Positions 1 through 9,689 of a stretch of DNA of 64,000 nt are shown here, piece by piece. Position numbers and translations under genes: made by a program. Below the pieces are notes generated by a model, which did not search any database, had not been told where the DNA came from, and saw nothing but the letters and a program-made list of their open reading frames with translations. Origin of the DNA: Lama guanicoe (lineage: Eukaryota); contig MU057344.1 in assembly GCA_013239625.1 (NCBI GenBank), positions 1,738,276-1,802,275 of the forward strand. The letters run 5' to 3'. How positions within the stretch are numbered: the stretch's first letter is position 1; each line of letters begins with the position of its first letter.

Positions 1-282
1 GCACTGCCGCCCCCCAGGAAGGGCAGGTTTGATTAAACGAGGTAGCGCTCTTCCCCCCAGCGCTGGGACTGCCCCGCGATGCCAGGCACCCGGAGGGCAG
101 GGCTGCCAACATAAAGATGTCCTGCGGTTAAAGGACACAGGACCCCCAGAGCCAGCACTCCCAGCGAGGAGGGCCTGACACCAGTGGTGGCGGCTTTGCA
201 GCAAGAAACACGCTGAAATCATTGTTCTCGTTGGAGCTGCCTTTAGGAAGAAACTGTCCCACAGCGAGGGCCAAATGGTCTC

Positions 283-306
283 TGTGTGTGTGTGTGTGTG
301 TGTGTG
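283..306. repeat. (TG)12 microsatellite
   Basis: Read directly. Confidence 0.95.
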
Positions 307-1067
307 TTCCTCACTTGCTGTGGAGAAAAACAAGAGGAGAAAGAAAAGCTGGCCACTCACTGGCGCAGCTCACAGGCCGTTGGGAAAATGTCTGAGACGC
401 GGCCCCCCGGGCCTCTGGGCTCTGATGCCACTCCAGCCACACCACCCTCTCCTGCACAGAGCAGAGGCCAGCGTCTGTCCGCCCAAGGCTGGTGGTGCCT
501 CTGCACCCCAGTTTGGGGGGAGGTTTTCCTTTCCTCAGACGTGGAACTGGTCCTCTCCACGTGGCCGCTCCCCTCTCGTCAGGCCCCCCCAGATGGTGGC
601 CTTGTCTAGGCTCCCCAACTAAGACCCCCCAGGGGCTGGTCACCCTGAGGCCTCCCTGTCCTGGGTGCAGGTCACAGGGCCTGGGACAGAAGGGAGTGGG
701 GGAAGCTGAGAGCATTTCAATCCTTAGAAAATGGGAGACCAAGCATGGTGGTCAGTGTTTGCTCCACCCCTGCTGGAATAGCGTCACTGACAGGAGTAGG
801 GAGGTCGGGCGGGAGTTCTGGGCTGGCTGGTGCAGCAGCAGCCACGTTGTGTGCCGTGACTCTGTTCACCTCTGGGAACGATTTCGGAAGACCTTGGCCC
901 CCATGAGACGCTCATGGTGGGCAGGGCACAGGGGCAGCAGCACCGCGTTTCCCAGCGGAAAGGGTCAAGGCACTTCAAGATGCGTCCAAGCTGGCGCAGG
1001 GACCCCAGGGAAGGCACAGGGGCCCTTGCCCACCCATGCTGCTCGCCAGAGGCCAGTCCCAGGGTGG

Positions 1068-1280
1068 GGTGCACATGCATATATATGTATCTGTGCACAT
1101 GTGTATGACATACACACCTGAATGTACAACATGCATTTACACGTGCATGACACACATGCATGTGTACACATAGACACGTGTACAAACATGCGCTCACACC
1201 AACGTGAGCACACAGACAGACACGCACACAGTGACGCATGCACATGTGCTCAGACACACACACGTGCTCACATCCCACAC
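1068..1280. repeat. Degenerate alternating purine-pyrimidine (CA/TG) low-complexity tract
   Basis: gcacatgcatatatatgtat...cacacacgtgctcac. Confidence 0.85.
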
Positions 1281-1368
1281 GGGCTCCTCCGGGGCCCCCA
1301 CCCCCGGCACCGCAGGTTCCCGGGCCATTTTATAGCGTGCCTGTGTTTGCTTTCTGCTGGCGTTTTAG

Positions 1369-2782
1369 GTGAGGTCNNNNNNNNNNNNNNNNNNNNNNNN
1401 NNNNNNNNNNNNNNNNNNNNNNNNNNNNNNNNNNNNNNNNNNNNNNNNNNNNNNNNNNNNNNNNNNNNNNNNNNNNNNNNNNNNNNNNNNNNNNNNNNNN
1501 NNNNNNNNNNNNNNNNNNNNNNNNNNNNNNNNNNNNNNNNNNNNNNNNNNNNNNNNGCAGGCCTGCCCCTGACCCCCAGCCCCGTGATGGACAAGGCCAA
1601 GCACCCCCCCGGCCTCAACCACACCGGCCTGGGCTTCCACGAGTACTTCCCCTCCCGGCCGCACCCCGGGGGCCTGCCCTTCTCCGCGGCGCCCCCCGCC
1701 TTCCCCACGCTCACGCCGGGCTTCCCCGGCATCTTCCCTCCGTCCCTGTACCCCCGGCCGCCTCTGCTACCTCCCACACCACTGCTCAAGAGCCCCCTGA
1801 ACCACACGCAGGACGCCAAGCTCCCCAGCCCCCTGGGCAACCCGGCCCTGCCGCTTGTCTCCGCTGTCGGCAACAGCAGCCAGGGCACCACGGCGGCCGC
1901 GGGCCCCGAGGAGAAGCCGGAGAGCCGCCTGGAGGACGCGTACGCCCCCACGAAGCTCAAGCCGCGGGGCAGCGACCTGTCGGACGGCAGCGACTTCGAG
2001 GACATCAACACCACGACCGGGACCGACCTGGACACAACCACGGGCTCCGACCTGGACAGCGACGTGGACAGCGACCGCGACAAGGCCAAGGACAAGGGCC
2101 AGGCGGCGGAGGGCAAGCCCGAGTTCGGGGGCGGCGGCGCGGCGCCCCCCGGCGGCGCGCACGGCGTGGGCGAGGTGCCCGTCTTCTACTCCCAGCACTT
2201 CTTCCCGCCGCCCGAGGAGCAGCTGCTGACGGCGTCAGGCGCCGCGGGCGACTCCATCAAGGCCATCGCGTCCATCGCGGAGAAGTACTTCGGGCCGGGC
2301 TTCCTGGGCGTGCAGGACAAGAAGCTGGGCGCTCTGCCCTACCCCTCAGTGTTCCCCTTCCAGTTCCTGCCCAGCTTCCCCCACTCCCTCTGCCCCTTCA
2401 CCGACCGCGCCCTCGCCCACAACCTGCTGGTCAAGGCCGAGCCGAAGTCTCCCCGGGATGCCCTCAAGGCGGGCGGCCCCAGCGCCGAGTCCCCCTTCGA
2501 CCTCACCACCAGACCGAAAGAGGCCAAGCCCGTCCCGCCGGCGCCCAGGGTGCCCCCGGCCCTGGCGTCTGGCGAGGAGCAGCCCCTGGACCTGAGCATC
2601 GGCAGCCGCGCACGGGCCAGCCAGAACGGAGGGGGCCGCGAGCCCCGCAAGAACCACGTCTATGGGGAGCGCAGGCTGGGGGCCGGCGAGGGGCTGCCCA
2701 AGGCCTGCCCAGCGCAGCTGCCCCAGCAGCCCGCCCTGCACTACGCCAAGCCGTCACCCTTTTTCATGGACCCCATCTACAG
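1369..2782 (+). CDS. PRDM16: PRDM16 exon 9 (large exon: end of first zinc-finger cluster, proline-rich and repressor regions); N-gap 1377-1556 inside
   Basis: Acceptor ttttag|GT GAG GTC (C-E-V), then after the gap AGLPLTPSP...FFMDPIY; donor AG|gtatt at 2782/2783. PFDLT at 2493-2507, PLDLS at 2583-2597, VKAE at 2430-2441. Confidence 0.96.
1377..1556. other. Assembly gap (180 N) inside PRDM16 exon 9
   Basis: N run. Confidence 0.99.
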
Positions 2783-5700
2783 GTATTAACATGCCCTGCC
2801 CTCACCTGCTCCCCCCAGGTGGGCAGCCAGCCAGGGCAGCGGCCGGAGGGGACGCCCTCACCTGCTCCCCTGAGCTTCCTGCTTCTGCCTTTGTGGCTTC
2901 AGAAGGCGCCCCAGTCTCTGCCCCGTGGGGGTCTGCATCCAGGCTGGCCCTTCCTGGGGGGCACCTGGCTGCCCCGTTCGGGAGGCCGGGGCCGGGTCTC
3001 CTGGGCACACATGGCTCCCTCTCGCTGACGGTCACTGGGATGCCCCACTTCTCTCGAGCCCCCTCCCCCCGAGCCCACCCTCAGACACCAGCCCTGGGGC
3101 TCTCCTGCTGTTGTCTCTGCTGTCTTCTCTGGACCGATTCTGCCTCCCACAACCCTCCCATCCTGCCTCTCTCCTCTGTTCCTGCATCTCTACTCTCCCA
3201 TGGCTGCTCTGTGGCCCCCACCCCTCCCTCGAGCCACAGCCAGGGCTTCTGGGGGCCCACAAGAGATCAGAAGAGCCGCTTGTCCCCAGAGGGAGAAGGG
3301 GTGGAAGGAAGGGGGAAGCTTCGGAGGGTTTGCAAAAAGAATCAGTGCCCGATATCTCTGACAGCCCTCCTGGTGAGGGGCCAGAGGACCACCCCCCGCC
3401 CCAGTTTCCGGGCAGGCTCTGATCAAGTGGGTCTGTTAGGTGAGAGTACTCTGACCCCCCACCACCACACGTGCCGCAGGGGTGCTGGGCAGGCTGAGCC
3501 CTGAGGAGGGGGCTGTGCACGTGGGCCGTGCACGGTGCAGGCAGCCACGTGGCACAGACAGTTGCAGTTGACATGGGCCCAGGGCTGTGTGTGAGCAGAG
3601 CCCCGTGGGCACACACATGTGCAAGTACACAGTGGTGTTCCGCCCTGAGGGCTCATGTGCCTGCTGTTCCCAGGGGCCAGGCAGGGCCTGGGGACGGGCG
3701 TGCAGGTGCGGTCACCTCTGCTGAAGGCACTCATGAGAGGAAGTTGTGTCAGAGCGCGACAGAGCCGCCAGCGGGGAGACAGGCCAGCCGCCCGCTCTGC
3801 CGGCCGGCGCCCACTCGGGTTCCGCCCTGCACGCCCGCCTGGGGCCCCAGCCGGCTGTCTGCAGCCAGTCCTGTTTCCTGCATCCCTGGACACATGACAG
3901 TGCCTCCTGTGGGTGTTTCTTTAAGAATGCGCCATCCACAGGTGGTCTGAGACAGTGGACTAGAGGCTCAGCGGAGGGTGACTTTCTAGGACCCAGGCAA
4001 GGCCAGGAGACCCTGGGGCCGGAGGGAGGAGGCACCCCATGGCACGCACACTCTCGTGCAGGGGTGGGGTGGGATTGGAGACCTAGGCATGGGACCTGCT
4101 GGTCAGGCCCCCAGAGCTGGAGCCGGCAGGCCTGCGAAAGGCTCTCAGCTGAGTTCCCCGCTCAGTCCCTGGCCTCCCCCAGCCCCTGCTCTCCCGGCCT
4201 CCTCGTCCACCCCGCCCGAGGTCTTCTTTGGCCCCTGACCCTCCTCTGCCTTCCCCACCTCCTCTCTCCAGGCCTGCTTTAGGGCCTTCTCCTGGACGCT
4301 GGCAGAGCAGAGAGTCAGGCCTGGAGGCAGGAACCAGCCTCAGGTCCCCGAGCCCCCTCCTGGAGCCCCTCTTAGACCCAGCAGGTGCCAGGCTCCTGCC
4401 CTCAGAATTTGGGGTACAGCGGCTGATGGAGGGGCTGCCGGGCCCCAGCTTTGCACACAGACGCCAGCAAAATGCCCGAGAGTGGGTTAGCTCCAAATTC
4501 ACTCCCCACTGCCCCCCAAACCCAGTCAGGACAAACAGGTGTCATGAAGTTTCCCCTCCAAGCGAAGGTAGGAGTGACTATGACTGCTGGTGAGCGGGCC
4601 GGCCTAGGATTCCCTCAGCTCCTGGGGGGTCCTGGCGGGTGACTCCAGTAAAACTCCCCACTGTCCCCACAGGCTGTCCCTAAGGGATGACCCTGGGTGT
4701 GTAACCCACAATCCTGCCCCCTGGGGTTGGAGGAACCCAGCACTGCCCAAGGGGCCCCCCCCAACCCACCAGCCCCTCTCACGTCCACGTGCCGCTGCTT
4801 CTGCACAGCGGGCTGGGGACACAGTGGTGACAAAAGCTGTGCACCTGGCAGAGCACGTGTCCACTGGGGCCGGTGGGGCTGGTGGTTCAGAGCCAGCCTG
4901 GTAGGCTGCTGCGAGACACAGAGGTCAGGGAAAGGCAGAAGGAAACAGTGATCGACCCCCTCCCACGGGAGGCCCCTTCCTCGGCCGGTGCACCCCCACC
5001 GCGGGGTTTGCCGAAAGGTTCACGCGGTGCCGCTTTGACCGGAGCCTCAGCTAAGCCCTGTGAAGCAAGGTGCCCTGAAGCCACCTTCCCCCATGAGACC
5101 ACCTCTCCCCAGGGCTTGTCCTCTCTCCGCGGGACACTTCACCCCACACACTCCTGTCTCCTGCCCTGGACCTGCCTGGGGTCCCCTGTGGCCACCTGTG
5201 CCCTGTGGGGAGATCCCGCCCTTGGGATTCCCGGGTGGCCGTGCTGTCTCCCCTCCTTGCAGCTCTGGTCGGTGCCCCCAGCTAGTCCCCTGGGGTCAGG
5301 GCCGTGGTGCAAAGGAGGCAGCAGGTTCAGCGCGGCTACAGCTGCCTGTGGTGGGGTGGCAGGTGTCCCCAGATTGCACTGTGTAAACCTCGACCTCCCT
5401 GAGTGAGGCTGAGGAAACGGTGAGGGGAGGGGTTGGAGGAGAGGAGGGACCACAGGACGCGTGCCGGCCACCTCCTCTGCTTGTGATCGACGGAACTGTC
5501 CTGGCATTTGGGGAACGTTCTCGAATTGTCATCCCCAGGCTTCGTGAGATTCTAGGTAGACCCCGCCTGGCTGCCAAGGGAGGCCCTGCGAATTCCCCAG
5601 GATAGGGACCTACTGGTGGAGGTTGAGCAGAGCACCCTGCCAGGGCTGGGAGGGACAGGGAAGTGGCGTGTAGGCAGCAGCCTCCCATGTGCTCCACGTG

Positions 5701-6031
5701 CTGCTTCTGGAAGCCCTGGACCCCACGGGGCCACTGGGCCAGTTGGCTAGTGCACACCAGCCCTCAGGGAAGAGTCCTGGCTCCGGCATCAAGCATTCAT
5801 CACGCGTGTGGGTGCCGGCAGCTGGGAGGCTGGGGCAGACGCCGGGGAGACTCGAAGGGGTCCCGACCTGGGCGTGGTGATGGGGAGCGCGTGCTTGGGC
5901 TGGGAGGCTCGGGCAGGCGAGTGCGTGGCCGGGTCGCGCACTTCCCCACGGCCGCCAGGTGAGACGTGGTGATGGAGCTGTGGAAGCTAGGCCACTCGGT
6001 GGGGTACGTAACCCTCTGTGTTGCTGTCCAG

Positions 6032-6119
6032 CAGGGTGGAGAAGCGGAAGGTGACCGACCCGGTGGGCGCCCTTAAGGACAAGTACCTGCGGCCGTCCCC
6101 ACTGCTCCTCCACCCCCAG
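6032..6119 (+). CDS. PRDM16: PRDM16 exon 10 (tandem acceptor, 6032 or 6035)
   Basis: tccag|cag|GGTGGAG; encodes (S)[29 protein letters not shown]; donor CAG|gtaag. Confidence 0.96.
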
Positions 6120-8353
6120 GTAAGGCCCCGGCAGGGCCCCGAGGTCCATTCAGGCCAAGCCACACACCCCAGGCAGGCCTCCGCTTCCCGTCCCTGCAGA
6201 CCCACGGGTCACTGTGAGGCCGGAGAGGATGAGAAGGGCCGGGACAGGTGAGGGGGGAGGGTGGTTCTCAGAGGAGACGGCCCTGCCGGTCCCTCAGAGA
6301 CAGCCCAGGCCCCCACTGCACAGGGGCGCCCACCGACCCATGACTCTGGTCTGGAAGCCGGTGAACCTCCTTGGGGCGGCGGGCGGGCAGCAGCTTGGAT
6401 GCAGCGAACCCAAGAGTTTTTAATGTAAGGAGGATAGGTCCAGGAGAGAGCCCGGGGGGGAGAGAGCAGGCGGGCCTTTCTGGTGCAGGGACCTGGGGGC
6501 ACTTGAGGGAAAAGACCAGGGAGACAGGGCCCGCACACGGCGGGGACAGAGGGGGGCCAGGGCGGAAGCAGAGGGACTGGCGCCAAGAGCAGGGGTCCCG
6601 GGGGTGCTGGGCAGGAGGACCGCCCTCCCCAGGGCTGCGGACAGCGGCGAGGCCGCCTGTTAAGACCAGAGTCAGGGGTCTGGGAAAGACAGCCCCAAGT
6701 CTGGGCAGTGGCCGCAGACCCCACCAAGCCAGCCAGCACTCCTGTGCCCTCCTGCACCCACCCCAGCTCATCCCCCCAGGGGTGGGCGCAGAGAGGCTGC
6801 AGTGTGGGGCTGAGCGTCAGAGCCACGAGTCTCCCCGCTTCCCCACCCCGACGCCCACCCTTCCTCACTGCTCGGGGCCCAGCCCCGTCCCCGGAGTCCC
6901 GGGCCTGCCCTGGCCCTGCCGGGGATCCGGGGACTGCGTGGCGGGACCGGCCTGGGCCCAGACTCCAGACCCACGCCTTGTTCTGCTCTGTGTTTCCCGC
7001 CTGGGACACACCCCCCGTTTGTGGGACCTGCACCCTGCCTGGGCTCACAGCTAAACTTAGTACCTCCCATTGTCTTGCTGGGGCCTCGCAGTTTGGTTAA
7101 GAACTTCCCCTGATTTCCTCGGGACCGGCTGGAAAAAACCGGCAAGCCAGCCAGGCACATCCTGTGTTTGTGTTTGTGCCGGAGCTCAGCCGGGAGTATC
7201 TGATCAGGCTGGGCAGGCCGGGCCCACCCAGGCCTGAGGACGACCGGCCTGGCAGGGGACCGGCTGCCCATTGTCCCTGCTGCCCACTCCCCCAGCCCTG
7301 CCACCCCCGCTGCCTGCCCGTGGGCCCAGAGCCAGGGTTGGGGGCTGGACAGAGGACTACTAAGTCACCTGGTTAAATGATCTGAGGTCAGTCCATCACT
7401 CGGACAGGAGAACTTGCGGACTCTTACAAAGTCTGAGGGTCACCACTGTGCCTAGACGTCAGTCCGTGCTGGTCAGCTGCCTGGTAGGACATGACAGGGC
7501 CTTCCATTCCGAGGTCTGACATGCAGGTGTGCAGCCCCTGGGGTGCAGGGTGAGGCGGTCCTGCTGAGTCACTGCGCTTAACCTCCCCGGGGCCCTGGGG
7601 AGTCTGTGGTGGTGGCGAGTCCCAGAGCCTCCTAAGGCTGTGGCTAAAACTGAGCCCCAAAGGCAGGCGGGCAGAGTGTGCGCAGGTCCCTGGGCCGTGG
7701 AGGGGCCAGTGGAAGGCTGGACGGTGGCTGAGGGGCAGGGCAGTTTCTGCCTGTCTTCTGTGGGCACGGGGAGGGCCACCCCAGCTGGAAGCATCTGATG
7801 GGGGAGCATGCCCGCCCCGGGGGTGGCGAGCCCCGACCCCTGCCGCCGGGTGGAGCTGACCAGCGCCCAGGCAGCTGCCCGGGGTCAAGGGAAAGACCCC
7901 ACTTTCTGTTCCCTAACCCCTTTCTGGCATTTTATTGTAGCCAGTTATTTGCCAGCCTAAACCCTGAGGGACCCTGGGCACAATGACAGCTCTTCCTTTT
8001 CTGGCCCCACCCCAGCCTGCGCCGGGGCCCAGCTTGCCGAGGGCTCTCTCGGGCAGAGAAGTGCAGCTGAGGCCCGTGCTGCCCCGTCCCCTCTGCCGTC
8101 CGCAAGCCCCAAGGCCCCTGGGGCAGGCGCAGCCTGGGGTTCCCATCAGAACCGTGCCCACCGGGTGGAGGTGACCGATGCCCCGAGAGAGCAGCTCCTT
8201 CCCCTCCCTAGACGAGCCCTTGGCCTCTCCAGGAGCAGAGAGGCGGCCCCTTTGTCCACGTGGCCGTGTGCTGGGTCACCTTGGCTCCATCGCTCCCAGG
8301 CTCAGGTAATGGGGTCTAGTCTGAGGCTGTTGGACTCCTTTTCGGCACTTTGC

Positions 8354-8388
8354 CTGCAATGACGGCCTGCTGCCACCAGGTGGTGGTG
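8354..8388 (+). promoter_or_regulatory. Candidate CTCF site in PRDM16 intron 10
   Basis: Core TGCCACCAGGTGGTG with an upstream CTGCAAT resembling the CTCF U-motif. Confidence 0.5.
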
Positions 8389-8832
8389 GTGGTGCCTCAG
8401 GCGCCTGAGCCAAGTCCCACCCTGAGAGTCAGGAACTTTTTGACATTTCACAACTAAAAAAAAGGTAAAATTCTGTCTTTAACCCAAACTAGCCATCCAG
8501 CAGTGCTGGCCAGAGGCCCAGCCAGCAGCGCCTTCGCAGTAAGGGGCTGTGCGGTCTCCCGTGTCTCACCAGCGGGGAGGCTGTCCAGTGGAGGCCAGGG
8601 GCAGCCCCCCGCCCAGACCCGACTGCGACGGGGCTCTGGGAGGGACAGGCGCGGGGCTGGCCGCAGAAGGGGAGGGCCCGCTCAGAGGCCGAGAGGCGGC
8701 CAGGAGACTGCTTCCGATGACCTCCCGGGCGGTCGTCCAGGGCCTCAGATGCCCGTGCGTGGGTCCACACGCGTCAGGAGAGGCGGCAGCTCGCGGAGAG
8801 TCCCACAGCCTCTCCTGCTCTCGCACCGACAG

Positions 8833-9002
8833 ATGTCTGCCATCGAGACCATGACGGAGAAGCTGGAGAGCTTCGCAGCCATGAAGGCGGACTCCGGCAG
8901 CTCCCTGCAGCCCCTCTCCCACCACCCCTTCAACTTCCGGTCCCCACCCCCGACGCTCTCGGACCCCATCCTCAGGAAGGGCAAGGAGCGGTACACGTGC
9001 AG
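8833..9002 (+). CDS. PRDM16: PRDM16 exon 11
   Basis: acag|ATGTCT; [22 protein letters not shown]...KERYTC(R); donor AG|gtgag. Confidence 0.97.
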
Positions 9003-9611
9003 GTGAGGCCCGAGGCCGGGGGCGGCCACGCTGGCTGGTGGCCCTGCACTGCGGTCCCAGCCAGAGGGCACAGCGTGCCAGCAGCAAATGGCCCGCTGTC
9101 CCCCGAGGTCACGCCCGGAGATATACATGTGCCCCCCACCAAGCTGAGCTCCTGTGAGGGCGAGAGAAGGCAGCCTTGGCCGGCCGGGTGGAACTCGGGC
9201 CGCCGGAGGCTGCGGGGTGCCGGGCAGTGTGTGACCAGAGCTCTGGGGGCGGGTGGGAAGACCTGTCCGTCCCCTGCTGCGCAGGCCTGTGTGAGCCGGT
9301 CCTTGCCGGCTCGGCCAAGGCTGGGCTCCGGGCTGAGACACTCCGTGGGGCGGGGGCACAGCCCTGGGACGGGTCAGGACTGGCCACAGTCCTGTCTGCC
9401 CAGTAGTGCGTGCCGGGCTTCCCTGTGAGCCTCCGCTGGGCCCCGGGACTGAGGAGAGACTGAAATCCAGGATGTGCAGCCGGGCCACCTACCCCCCAGG
9501 GACAGGAACTCGGGCCCCGGTCCCCAGCTGGAGGAGCGGTACTGGGAAGCACCTGATGCCTGAGTCTCTGGCGGCACTCCTGTCTAATGGCACCCCTCCC
9601 CCCCACCGCAG

Positions 9612-9689
9612 GTACTGTGGCAAGATCTTCCCCCGCTCAGCGAACCTCACAAGGCACCTGAGGACGCACACGGGGGAGCAGCCGTACAG
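9612..9689 (+). CDS. PRDM16: PRDM16 exon 12 (C2H2 finger 8)
   Basis: cgcag|G TAC TGT; [25 protein letters not shown]; donor AG|gtggg. Confidence 0.97.

Noticed and set aside
1122-1368. N-terminal part of the 555-aa ORF (MYNMHLHVHD...)
   Set aside because: Translation of an intronic CA/TG tract; the real exon starts at 1369.
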